Of a stretch of DNA of 46,753 bases, positions 1-8,663 are shown piece after piece. Below the pieces are notes generated by a model that was not told where the DNA came from, did not search any database, and was given only the letters and a program-made list of their open reading frames with translations. Every line of letters starts with the position of its first letter. The first letter of the stretch is position 1. Location: positions 1 to 46,753 of the forward strand of contig JBCCQY010000059.1 in assembly GCA_039208735.1 (NCBI GenBank), given 5' to 3'. Made by a program: the position numbers and the translations under genes. The DNA is from Myxococcota bacterium. Lineage in GTDB: Bacteria; Myxococcota_A; UBA796; GCA-2862545.

Positions 1-210
1 GATCCAGACGCCATGAAGGGAGACGTCCGAGGCGGCCCCCACGGCAAGCTCGAGCGCGCGTTAGATTTCTCCACCGAGACGGCGGTGCCTGAGAGAGGTT
101 CGAGAATTGCGGTCTCGCTTGGCAATCTCATGGGAGGTGAGCCCATCATCGGGACCCAGCTCCGCACAAAGCGCGCGCATGTGCGCACGCCACTTGGTGT
201 CGTTTGACAT
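1..210 (-). pseudogene. RbfA-like (ribosome-binding factor A paralogue, Planctomycetota/Myxococcota type) 5' part, interrupted by an in-frame TAA at 61-63; runs off the window edge
   Basis: Manual translation from ATG 210 gives MSNDTKWRAHMRALCAELGPDDGLTSHEIAKRDRNSRTSLRHRRLGGEI*RALELAVGAASDVSLHGVWI. The 'LCAELGPDDG' segment and the following 'RALELA...SD..L.G.W' resemble the N-terminus of this RbfA-like family. Not in the ORF track. Confidence 0.5.
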
Positions 211-267
211 CTAAAGGGATTTCGGGGGCTGAAAGGAAGGGAAGAACTGGCGCAATGGCCAGCGGGA

Positions 268-300
268 TCAGCGGCGAACCCCTCGTGCAATGGGCGACAT
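268..300 (-). CDS. Putative leader peptide (uORF) MSPIARGVRR
   Basis: ATG at 300-298 and TGA at 270-268, with GGAGG 5 nt upstream. It lies 57 nt upstream of the RbfA-like start and is followed by a CTGGC/GCCAG hairpin and a pyrimidine run. Confidence 0.45.
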   Translation of the reverse strand: MSPIARGVRR

Positions 301-365
301 ACATCCCTCCCTCGAACCTTCTGGCCCGAAACTCCTAAGCGTCGTAGCGGGTCGCCCCCGGAGCG

Positions 366-1208
366 TCAAAGCTCGCGAGCGCTAAACGTGTCACACGCAG
401 CGGGATCGGCCTCGCGGTAGCCGACCTGGAACCAGCGCATGCGCTGCTCGCTCGTCCCGTGGGTGAACGACTCGGGGCGCACCTGGCCCTCCGACCGTTG
501 CTGCAGCCGATCATCGCCAATCGCCCCCGCGGCGCGTAGCCCTTCTTCGAGGTCTCCGACTTCGAGCAGCCCACGCCCATCGGCCGCCGAGGCCCAGACC
601 CCGGCCAAACAGTCCGCCTGCAGCTCGACACGAACTGCGTTTCCGTCTGCACCAACCGCATCAGGACCGTGAGCCCGACCCAACAGGCCCGCCTGATTTT
701 GGATGTGGTGCCCCACCTCATGGGCAATGACGTAGGCACGAGCGAAGTCACCGGGCGCACCGAGGTGGCTTAGGGCATCGAAAAAACTAAGGTCGATGTA
801 CACTTGTCGGTCCGCGGGGCAGTAGAACGGCCCGGTCGCCGACTGCCCAAGGCCGCACGCAGTTCGCGTCATTTGGCGAAACAACACCAATCGGGCCCGC
901 TCGTAGCCTCGCAAACGAGACGACCACGTATCTTGGATGTCATCCAACACGAATCCGACGAAGGCCTCATTTTCATCGTCTACGGCCCCCGGGGGGGCCG
1001 TCGTCGGCGCAAGGCCAGGACCCATCAATGCATAGCCGGCTCCGGCGAGCAACAGTACGACAAGAACGCCCATCAAACCGAAGCGACGGCCTACGAGCAC
1101 CAAGAGGTTGAGCAGGAGCTGTAGCGGTGCTCCTGCCACGCCACCGCTCCTACGACCACGCCGGTCCTCCACGTCTTCGCTCTGGTGATCGGGGTCGTAC
1201 CTGACCAT
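366..1208 (-). CDS. ypfJ: Neutral zinc metallopeptidase, YpfJ/KPN_02809 family
   Basis: N-terminal 'SEDVEDRRG' plus a TM helix; motifs TACG, GPFYCPAD, YVIAHEVGHHIQ (HExxH), ELQADCLAG and PESFTHGTSEQR. Start moved to ATG 1208. Confidence 0.92.
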   Translation of the reverse strand: MVRYDPDHQSEDVEDRRGRRSGGVAGAPLQLLLNLLVLVGRRFGLMGVLVVLLLAGAGYALMGPGLAPTTAPPGAVDDENEAFVGFVLDDIQDTWSSRLRGYERARLVLFRQMTRTACGLGQSATGPFYCPADRQVYIDLSFFDALSHLGAPGDFARAYVIAHEVGHHIQNQAGLLGRAHGPDAVGADGNAVRVELQADCLAGVWASAADGRGLLEVGDLEEGLRAAGAIGDDRLQQRSEGQVRPESFTHGTSEQRMRWFQVGYREADPAACDTFSAREL

Positions 1209-1249
1209 TGGGGCCTCCACAATGCATCGCGGAGCCAGCCTATCCGTGG

Positions 1250-1609
1250 TCACTGCACGCGGCAGGTCTCACCGGAGGGACACTGCACAAGTCGCAACTC
1301 CACGCGCGCCACGCCCTCCGCAACCATGCCGAGTCGTTCGGCCGCCCCCTGGGACAGATCGACGATGCGGTTCCCGGCAAAGGGTCCCCGGTCGTTGATG
1401 ATGACCCGCACTCGCGCACCGGTGCGTTGATGGATGACATCGACCACGGTGCCTAGCGGCAAGGTGCGGTGGGCCGCGGTGAGCTTCGAGGGATCGAAGA
1501 TCGCCCCGGATGCCGTCGGACGGCCGGCGAAACCTTCGCCATAGAACGAGGCCTGTCCCGTTTGGAGGACGCGACCGCCCCCCAGGCAGCTCAACAACAC
1601 CAAGAGCAT
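1250..1609 (-). CDS. rlpA: Septal ring lytic transglycosylase RlpA-family protein (DPBB domain, probable lipoprotein)
   Basis: GQASFYG, TASG..FD...LTAAHRTLPLGT, INDRGPF...RIVDLS; hydrophobic N-terminus with LLSC. Confidence 0.9.
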   Translation of the reverse strand: MLLVLLSCLGGGRVLQTGQASFYGEGFAGRPTASGAIFDPSKLTAAHRTLPLGTVVDVIHQRTGARVRVIINDRGPFAGNRIVDLSQGAAERLGMVAEGVARVELRLVQCPSGETCRVQ

Positions 1610-1650
1610 AGGGTTTCTCTAACCGTCAGAGCCATTCGAAGCTCGTCATG

Positions 1651-1737
1651 CCTGATCACCGCTGGCCTTCGGCGCTACGCGCCTGCAGGCCGACGCGGTT
1701 CAGCTTTCGTCGCTGACGCTCCTGCAAGCTGATCGGG
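1651..1737. other. Multi-hairpin non-coding element (REP/attC-like remnant or structured leader)
   Basis: Nested inverted repeats: CCGC/GCGG (1659-62/1695-98), GGCCT/AGGCC (1664-68/1687-91), GGCGC/GCGCC (1671-75/1679-83), TCAGCTT/AAGCTGA (1700-06/1726-32) and outer CCTGATCA/TGATCGGG (1651-58/1730-37). Confidence 0.45.
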
Positions 1738-1753
1738 GAACGCGCGGTACGCA

Positions 1754-2314
1754 ATGGAAGATTTCTTGACTGAACATACGTCACCCATTAATCGGCGCCC
1801 CGACGTTCGCCGCCCTTTGGCGGACGCCCAACCTGGGGCTGTGCGTTTTGTGGAGCAAACTGTGGTCAAGAAGGATTTGGAAGAGGTCCGTGTGGATCTC
1901 CTCTGCGTAAACACGATCGAGGAATTGAAGCGATTCGGTCGCTTTCGCGAGGTGAAACAAGAGTTGCAAGCGCGCCTTGGCGCTGGGGTGACCGTCCGCG
2001 CGAGGAGCTGGCAGAAACTCCTCAACACGATTCGGCAGGTCGCGGCGGGTTGCACACCGCGGCCACGCGAGGGTCACTACTTCGTAAGTGAAGCCACCAA
2101 AGCCATATTTGCGTTGCTTGAGCTGCATGGCGACGCCCAATTCTCCCTGCTCGACATTACCGTGCGGCACTTTGGCGACGTGGCCCTCGCCAAGGCGTGG
2201 CGCGACCGATTGGCCAAGCTTGTCCATCCCGATCGCTGCACGCATCCCGCCGCCACCCGAGCCATGGCCGAGGTCTCTGCGATTTACGAGGCCATGGTGG
2301 CGGCCGCGCCATGA
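1754..2314 (+). CDS. Class C J-domain protein (C-terminal J domain, unknown N-terminal domain)
   Basis: C-terminal LLDITVRHFGDVALAKAWRDRLAKLVHPDRCTHPAATRAMAEVSAIYEAM matches J-domain helix II-HPD-helix III. The true start may be a downstream GTG. Confidence 0.8.
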   Translation: MEDFLTEHTSPINRRPDVRRPLADAQPGAVRFVEQTVVKKDLEEVRVDLLCVNTIEELKRFGRFREVKQELQARLGAGVTVRARSWQKLLNTIRQVAAGCTPRPREGHYFVSEATKAIFALLELHGDAQFSLLDITVRHFGDVALAKAWRDRLAKLVHPDRCTHPAATRAMAEVSAIYEAMVAAAP

Positions 2315-3054
2315 GGCCGGTTCAAGGTCCAAGGTGGCGATTCGTCGCCCGCGGGCGTGACCTCCGCTACAAACGCCCCGAAGCGCCACGAACCAGTGCT
2401 CCGGGCATCGTCAAGGCCATTCGTCGAGCATGGGACGAGCATGCCCTCGTCGACGGAACAGGTCAGGTCTGGATTGGGCAAACCGGCTTGCATGTCATTT
2501 TGCGCACCACGCGCCGCCGGGCGGCTCACTTCATGCGTTGGGTCCCGGGTCGCGATCGGGTCGCGTTTGAAGGCAGTGCCTATGTGAGGGGTTGGCAGGT
2601 CGCCCAGCGGATCGATCGGGACATCCAAGCCTGCGCGAAACTCATTCGAAGCGAATACCTCGCCCTTTCCGAACGACACTATTTCGGCGTCCGCAACGAT
2701 ACGGAGGCGCGTATCCTACGCCTTCGGTATCAAGAATCACTCCGGCAACTCAACCGCCGGCTCAAGGCAGAACGCATTCGGCAAGTGGGCCTCACCCATG
2801 ACGAACTCACGGGGGAACCCCTCGCCGAGCGAGGGAGTCACTTTGCGCACGTGCTGTCGCGCAGCGTCTACCCCGAGTACATGGACTGTGTTTGGAACGG
2901 CGTGGTCGTCAATCCTTCAACCCACGATGCGATGACCACGATCGAACTCATCGACGACCGTGAGCTCGTGGCGTTCTGCGTCGAGCGGGGGTTGGCCACG
3001 GCATGGCATCCTCCATTTGTTCAAGCGTTGTCCGACGCCCAACAAGAGATGTAG
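2311..3054 (+). CDS. Putative HNH (beta-beta-alpha-metal) endonuclease with an uncharacterised N-terminal domain
   Basis: ATG 2311 overlaps the upstream stop (ATGA). C-terminal DELTGEPL...SHFAHVLSRSVYPEYMDCVWNGVVVNPSTHDAM has H..N..H spacing typical of HNH nucleases. Confidence 0.65.
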   Translation: MRPVQGPRWRFVARGRDLRYKRPEAPRTSAPGIVKAIRRAWDEHALVDGTGQVWIGQTGLHVILRTTRRRAAHFMRWVPGRDRVAFEGSAYVRGWQVAQRIDRDIQACAKLIRSEYLALSERHYFGVRNDTEARILRLRYQESLRQLNRRLKAERIRQVGLTHDELTGEPLAERGSHFAHVLSRSVYPEYMDCVWNGVVVNPSTHDAMTTIELIDDRELVAFCVERGLATAWHPPFVQALSDAQQEM

Positions 3055-3057
3055 GCC

Positions 3058-3882
3058 TCAAAGGAAGTGCGTATGCAACAACGGGTGGTCCTCCGAGGCT
3101 ACGGCATCGGATCGCGCGGGCAACAAGACGGTCATGGCGAACCACGGTGTCGTACCAAACGCGGCCGGGGGGCGTGCGCCAAGGCTTGTGCTCAGGTGCG
3201 TGCAATCGCGTCGGCGACCCCCGATGTCGAGCGGCACCACGAAGGTCGAAATCGGCTCGAATCCGGTGGCCCGACGAGCCCAGTCCGGAGGCAGTCCATG
3301 GTCGGTCGCCAGCTGGTCGACCACCATCTGCATGCCTGGGTCTCCCGTAATGACGGCATCCTGCTGCAAGGCCATCAAGATGCCGCACTTCGTGTCCAAC
3401 CAATTGCGGGGCTCCTCCGCCTTGGGCACCGCGCGAAACAGCACATCGAAGTAGGACCGAATCGTGTAAGGCCCTTCGATCGGAAGGCCCGGACCAAACC
3501 AATCGAGCCACGCCCGGTTGGCCATCCGAATCTGCGCAGTTCCGTCAAAGAGCATCGCCGGGCTTGGGTCGAAGGCGGCGAGGGTTCGCGCGGCTCCCTT
3601 CCGCGTCCAGCGCAAGGCCGGATCGTCAAAGCCGAGCGGCTCAGATTCCGGGGCATACCCTGCCGACCACAGCAATTGCTGGGTGTCACGCTTGCCCAGC
3701 CCTAGGTGAGCGGCGATCCGTTCCACCATGCGCAGGCTCGGTCGAACGCGACCGTTCTCGAGACGCGAAATGTGTCGGGTTGACGAGGCCAAGTCCATGG
3801 CCAAGGCCTCTTGCGACACCCCAAACACGCCCCGCCAAAAGCGAAGAAAGCGTCCGAACGGATCGACTCCTGGTTCGTCCAT
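3058..3882 (-). CDS. XRE-family HTH transcriptional regulator with MmyB/MltR-like ligand-binding domain
   Basis: FGRFLRFWR...SQEALA...STRHISRLENGR..PS, then LL..AGYAP and 'PSPAML.D....IRMANRAW'. GGAGG upstream of ATG 3882. Confidence 0.88.
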   Translation of the reverse strand: MDEPGVDPFGRFLRFWRGVFGVSQEALAMDLASSTRHISRLENGRVRPSLRMVERIAAHLGLGKRDTQQLLWSAGYAPESEPLGFDDPALRWTRKGAARTLAAFDPSPAMLFDGTAQIRMANRAWLDWFGPGLPIEGPYTIRSYFDVLFRAVPKAEEPRNWLDTKCGILMALQQDAVITGDPGMQMVVDQLATDHGLPPDWARRATGFEPISTFVVPLDIGGRRRDCTHLSTSLGARPPAAFGTTPWFAMTVLLPARSDAVASEDHPLLHTHFL

Positions 3883-3904
3883 TCTTGCCCTCCCCAACCC
3901 GACT

Positions 3905-3919
3905 TGACCTGCCAGGTCA
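3905..3919. promoter_or_regulatory. Palindromic operator candidate TGACCT-GCC-AGGTCA
   Basis: Perfect 6-bp inverted repeat in the divergent intergenic region between the XRE regulator and the thiolase operon. Confidence 0.6.
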
Positions 3920-4006
3920 TGGACGAGCCGTCATCGGCGGTTGTATCCACCTGATCGTCCCCTCTCCGCCGGAGTCTAATGGCTCTGGCTCCCTCTGGAG
4001 GAAGCT

Positions 4007-5212
4007 TTGGCTGAAGCCTACATCTACGATGCCGTGCGCACCCCTCGCGGGCGTGGCAAGGATTCGGGCGGACTGCACACCGTCCGTCCCATCGACCTTC
4101 TCGCGGGCGTGCTACGCGACCTGGCCGATCGCCACGAACTCGACACGAGCCAGATCGACGATGTGGTGGTCGGCTGCGTGACGCAAACCGGTGAACAAGG
4201 GGCCTGCATCGCACGCATGGCCGCGTTGCAAGCTGGCTACGACACCGACGTGCCCGGGGTCACCCTCAACCGCTTCTGCGCGTCGGGGCTCGAAGGCATC
4301 AATCACGCGGCGGCCATGGTGGCGTCGGGCTTTCACGACCTCGTCGTGGCGGGCGGTGTGGAGTCGATGTCGCGGGTCAAGATGGGCAGCGATGGCGGCG
4401 CCATCTTCGACCCTGCCTTTCAATGGGATGTGGGCTCCGTGCCCCAGGGCATCAGCGCCGACCTGATCGCGACGATGCGGGGGGTGACACGGGCTGATGT
4501 CGATGCGTTCGCGGCCGAATCCCAACGACGCGCCGCGGCGGCCATGGACCGCCACGCATTCACGAAGAGCATCGTGCCCGTGCGCGACATGAATGGTCTG
4601 CCCATCCTTGCCGTCGACGAGCACCCGCGGCCCGGCACCACCGCCGAGTCCTTGTCCACGCTCAAGCCCAGCTTCCAGATGATGGGCGAGCAGTTCGGCC
4701 TCGACGCCCTGGTGCGCAGCAAGTACCCGCAGGTCGATCACATCGATCATGTCCACCACGCGGGCAACAGCTCGGGCATTGTGGATGGCGCGGCGGCCGT
4801 CCTCATCGGCAGCAAGGAAGCCGGTGAACGCATGGGCCTCAAGCCGCGTGCGCGCATTCGGTCGGTCGGGCTGTCGGGCACCGAACCGCTCATCATGTTG
4901 CTCGGACCCATGCCTGCGTCACGCAAGGCGCTCACAAAGGCGGGCATGACCATCGACGACATCGATCTCTTCGAAGTCAATGAAGCCTTTGCCGTCGTGC
5001 CCATGGCGTTCATGAAGGACATGGGCGTGCCGCACGACAAGGTGAACGTCAACGGGGGGGCGATTGCTTTTGGTCACCCCCTTGGAGCCACCGGCGCGAT
5101 GCTTCAGGGCACCCTGCTCGACGAGCTCGAAGCCCAAGACAAGTCGGTTGGCCTCACCACCCTTTGTGTGGGTGGCGGCATGGGCATTGCCACCATCGTC
5201 GAGCGGGTGTGA
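4007..5212 (+). CDS. fadA: Acetyl-CoA C-acyltransferase (thiolase)
   Basis: AVRTPRG, catalytic [20 protein letters not shown] and [11 protein letters not shown] start preceded by GGAGGA. Confidence 0.95.
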   Translation: MAEAYIYDAVRTPRGRGKDSGGLHTVRPIDLLAGVLRDLADRHELDTSQIDDVVVGCVTQTGEQGACIARMAALQAGYDTDVPGVTLNRFCASGLEGINHAAAMVASGFHDLVVAGGVESMSRVKMGSDGGAIFDPAFQWDVGSVPQGISADLIATMRGVTRADVDAFAAESQRRAAAAMDRHAFTKSIVPVRDMNGLPILAVDEHPRPGTTAESLSTLKPSFQMMGEQFGLDALVRSKYPQVDHIDHVHHAGNSSGIVDGAAAVLIGSKEAGERMGLKPRARIRSVGLSGTEPLIMLLGPMPASRKALTKAGMTIDDIDLFEVNEAFAVVPMAFMKDMGVPHDKVNVNGGAIAFGHPLGATGAMLQGTLLDELEAQDKSVGLTTLCVGGGMGIATIVERV

Positions 5213-5214
5213 TC

Positions 5215-7323
5215 ATGTACAGCATCGACATCGACAGTGACGGCATCGCGACCCTCACCCTGGCCATGGAAGGCCGAGCCAACAAGATCAACGGTGAATT
5301 CATCGAAGGCCTGGGTCGAGCCTGGGACGAGATCGAAGCGAACGCCGATATCAAGGGCGTCATCCTCACCAGTGCGCACAATGACTTCTGCGTGGGTGCC
5401 GACCTCGAAATGGTCTACCGCGAACGCGATGCGGCCCGTCTCATCGAAGGCATTGCGGTGTTTCATCGCCTGCATCGACGCATGGAGCAAGGGGTCCCGC
5501 TCGTGGCCGCGCTCAACGGCTCCGCATTGGGTGGCGGATACGAGATGGCGCTGGTCTGCAATCACCGCATCGGTGTGCCGAGCATCAAGGTCGGGTTGCC
5601 TGAAGTGAGCTTGGGGCTCATTCCCGGAGGCGGTGGTACCCAACGCCTTCCCCGACTCATTGGCATTCAGCCGGCTCTCGAAGTGATCAGCCAAGGCCAG
5701 ATCCTGCGGGCCGACAAGGCACTCGCTAAGGGCCTCATCAACGAGATCGTGGAACCCGAGAAGCTGCTCGCCCACAGCAAGGCATGGCTGCTCGACAACC
5801 TCAAAGCACAGCAACCCTGGGATGCGAGCCGCTTCCGCTGGCCCTCTCCGCGGCCCAACACCGAAGAGGCCCGAAATCTCTTCCTCGTCGCCTCGGCGAT
5901 GGCCTACAAAAAGACGGCAGGCGCCTTCAAGGCTGTGGAACACGCGATTAGCGCCGTGCAAGAAGGCAGCGTGCTCGCGCTCGACCCTGCCCTGCAGGTC
6001 GAAATGCGCCACTTCGCCAAGCTCGTGGTTAGCGATCAGTCCAAAGACATGGTGCGCACGCTATTTTTCTTCAAGCAGCGCGCGGACCGGCAGATCGGCC
6101 TGCCCAAGACGGAAGCCCACGAGTTCACCAAAGTGAGCGTGCTAGGCGCCGGAATGATGGGCGCGGGCATTGGATTTCTCTGTGCCAAGGCGGGGCTCCA
6201 GGTCGTGCTGAAGGACGTGAACGGTGAGGCGGTCGAGGCCGGCATGAAACACGTCCAGGCCCAGGTCGCCCGCATGAAATGGCTATCCGAAGGCGAGCGT
6301 GCGGTGCTGCTCGGCCGCGTCACGGGCACCATCGACGTTGCAGACTGTGCGGGAAGTGACCTCATCATTGAGGCGGTTCCCGAAAACAAGGGCATCAAGG
6401 CCGCGGTGACCAAAGAGACCGAACCGCTGCTCGCGGAAGGTGCGGTCTGGGCATCGAACACCTCGGCCCTCCCCATTTCCGAATTGGCCCAAGCCAGCGC
6501 CCACCCCGAGCGCTTCATTGGCCTGCACTTCTTCTCCCCCGTCGAGAAGATGCCACTGCTCGAAATCATCACCGGCGAGAAGACCGATGAAGCCACGCTG
6601 GGGCGCTGCTTGGCCCTTGGCAAGGCCCTCGGCAAAACCTGCATCGTGGTGAACGATGGGTACGGCTTCTACACCAGTCGCACGTTCTCGTCGTACATCC
6701 TCGAAGGAGCTGAACTCGTCGCCGAAGGCCACGACCCCTCGCTCATCGAGTGGGCCGCACGCTCAGCCGGCATGCCCGTCGGTCCGTTGCAGGTGTTCGA
6801 CGAAGTGACCCTTTCGCTTGGCCACAAGGGCCTCATCCAAGGAGCGGAATACCGAGGGGCCGAGTTGCTTGAGATGCCCGGCGTGAAGATGCTGTTTCGT
6901 ATGGTCGAAGCGGGTCGCGGAGGTCGCTCGGCCGGAGCAGGGTTCTACCGCTATGAAGGCGGCCGTCGAAAGGGCATCTGGGAGGGGTTGTCCGACCTCG
7001 TCCACGCCACCCCAGATGAGACGGGCCTCGACATCGTCCAGCAACGCCTGCTGCTGGCCCAAGTGGCCGAAGTCGGGCGGTGTCTCGACGACGGCGTCCT
7101 GCGCGACCCCGCAGACGCCGAGGTAGGCGGAGTGTTCGGAATTGGCTTTGCGCCCAACCGCGGAGGTCCGCTGGCCTATGCCGACCGCGTTGGGCTGCCC
7201 GAGCTTGTGACTCAGCTCAAGGCACTCGCTGCCCAGCACGGCCCACGGTTTGCGCCCTCCGAGACCTTTAAGCGAATGGCCGCCGAGAACCAGACCTTCT
7301 TCGGGTCCTTCCTCGCAGCCTGA
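5215..7323 (+). CDS. fadJ: Multifunctional enoyl-CoA hydratase / 3-hydroxyacyl-CoA dehydrogenase (FadJ/FadB type)
   Basis: FCVGADL, ALGGGYE and [15 protein letters not shown] (crotonase); [26 protein letters not shown] and GLHFFSPV (HAD domain). Confidence 0.92.
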   Translation: MYSIDIDSDGIATLTLAMEGRANKINGEFIEGLGRAWDEIEANADIKGVILTSAHNDFCVGADLEMVYRERDAARLIEGIAVFHRLHRRMEQGVPLVAALNGSALGGGYEMALVCNHRIGVPSIKVGLPEVSLGLIPGGGGTQRLPRLIGIQPALEVISQGQILRADKALAKGLINEIVEPEKLLAHSKAWLLDNLKAQQPWDASRFRWPSPRPNTEEARNLFLVASAMAYKKTAGAFKAVEHAISAVQEGSVLALDPALQVEMRHFAKLVVSDQSKDMVRTLFFFKQRADRQIGLPKTEAHEFTKVSVLGAGMMGAGIGFLCAKAGLQVVLKDVNGEAVEAGMKHVQAQVARMKWLSEGERAVLLGRVTGTIDVADCAGSDLIIEAVPENKGIKAAVTKETEPLLAEGAVWASNTSALPISELAQASAHPERFIGLHFFSPVEKMPLLEIITGEKTDEATLGRCLALGKALGKTCIVVNDGYGFYTSRTFSSYILEGAELVAEGHDPSLIEWAARSAGMPVGPLQVFDEVTLSLGHKGLIQGAEYRGAELLEMPGVKMLFRMVEAGRGGRSAGAGFYRYEGGRRKGIWEGLSDLVHATPDETGLDIVQQRLLLAQVAEVGRCLDDGVLRDPADAEVGGVFGIGFAPNRGGPLAYADRVGLPELVTQLKALAAQHGPRFAPSETFKRMAAENQTFFGSFLAA

Positions 7324-7348
7324 GGCGAGATGCATTAGGCACTTTGCC

Positions 7349-7852
7349 ATGACTGCATCCTCCTCGGGCCGCTTTCGAACGAAGACGGGACACGTCGATG
7401 TCTCACCCGAATCCCTGCACATCGCGCGCACCGGGCTTCGGGGAAGGACGGCGCAGGTGCTTCAGGGTCGAAGCGGCACCCTTCGCACCTGGCTGCTCTA
7501 CGGAGGGCTCATCGCCGCCTTGTTGTGGTTGGGTTGGGCTTCGTTGAAGGTCGACTCGGTGCCGCTTGCCGCCGTGTCATGGTCGATGGCGGCCTGGATG
7601 GCCTGGACGCTCGTTTCGGTGCGCAACTTCAGCATGGCTCCCGTCGTTTCACGACAAGCGGCGACGCGAATCGAGGCGGTCCGCGGATGGCCGGGCATGA
7701 CTCGAGACCGCCTCATCGTCCACTTTGACGAAGACGGAAGACCGGCCCGCCGCTTCATTCTCATGCCCGGAGTGCTCCAGAACGGGCGGGGTGAAATCGA
7801 TCGCGCCATTGCGACGCTCCAGGCTCAGGACTGGCCGGTCGAGGCGCCGTAG
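7349..7852 (+). CDS. Hypothetical membrane protein (two TM helices)
   Basis: Hydrophobic segments TWLLYGGLIAALLWLGW and LAAVSWSMAAWMAWTLV; same strand, just after fadJ. Confidence 0.65.
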   Translation: MTASSSGRFRTKTGHVDVSPESLHIARTGLRGRTAQVLQGRSGTLRTWLLYGGLIAALLWLGWASLKVDSVPLAAVSWSMAAWMAWTLVSVRNFSMAPVVSRQAATRIEAVRGWPGMTRDRLIVHFDEDGRPARRFILMPGVLQNGRGEIDRAIATLQAQDWPVEAP

Positions 7853-7880
7853 GGCCGTTGCGCGCTGCTATACTCGCTGG

Positions 7881-8657
7881 GTGTCACGTCCCCCTGTTCA
7901 GTTGATCTTGCGTGTTCTCGCGGCACCTGAGGATTCGATCCTGGCCGAAGGCGCGCTTCTGTACGTCAACCAGCCCGAAGTGATCGTGGGACGGAGCGAC
8001 CGTGCGGACGTGCTGTTGCCGCACGAATCGGTGTCGCGGCGCCATGCCCGATTGAGCGTGACGCCCAACGGCATCCGCATCGAGCGCCTCGTCGACCACA
8101 ACGGACTGTTCGTCGACGAAGTATCGGTCGACGAGCCGACCATCATCACGAAGGATCAAGCCGTCCTTCAGGTTGGCGCCGTTCTGCTCATGATGCAACG
8201 GATCTCGAATGCGGCGAGTCGCACCACGCAGCCCGTCGGTAGCGTCAAGCTCGTGCCCGAGTCAGACACCCGCTTTCGGGTGGTTTGGGACGCTGGAACC
8301 TGCACCGTTTCACTCGACGACCGCGAGTTGAACCTCCGCCCTCAAGCGGCCGCGTTCTTTGGGCTGTTGCTGGAATCGCCCGATGCCTGGGTCAACAACT
8401 GGGAGCTGGAGGACCACCTGGGCGCCAAGGCTAACCTCAATCAGTGCGCGACCCTCGTGAGAGGTTCACTCTCGCGGCGCATCAACGAGGGCAGTCTCTT
8501 GCTGGAAGACCTTGTCGACTCGCTTCAGGCGACCCTCGACATTGATCTCGATGCTACACAGCCCCGAGCCGTGCTGCGACACGTCATTGGCAACCAACGC
8601 GACAACGCATACACGGCTCGCGTGGGGAAACTTGGTATTTCCATCGAACACGTGTGA
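7881..8657 (+). CDS. FHA-domain protein with a C-terminal winged-helix-like domain
   Basis: FHA motifs IVGRS...D..L...SVSRRHA...NGLFV. C-terminal 'ELNLRPQAAAFFGLLLESPDAWV..WEL' resembles OmpR-type wHTH. GTG start inferred. Confidence 0.8.
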   Translation: MSRPPVQLILRVLAAPEDSILAEGALLYVNQPEVIVGRSDRADVLLPHESVSRRHARLSVTPNGIRIERLVDHNGLFVDEVSVDEPTIITKDQAVLQVGAVLLMMQRISNAASRTTQPVGSVKLVPESDTRFRVVWDAGTCTVSLDDRELNLRPQAAAFFGLLLESPDAWVNNWELEDHLGAKANLNQCATLVRGSLSRRINEGSLLLEDLVDSLQATLDIDLDATQPRAVLRHVIGNQRDNAYTARVGKLGISIEHV

Positions 8658-8663
8658 GTTCGA

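Noticed and set aside
61..63. Stop-codon reassignment as an explanation of the in-frame TAA
   Set aside because: TAA ends several well-defined genes in this window at the expected positions.
13..207. 64-aa plus-strand ORF in the ORF track
   Set aside because: No recognisable motif; the opposite strand gives a family-like translation with an upstream leader.
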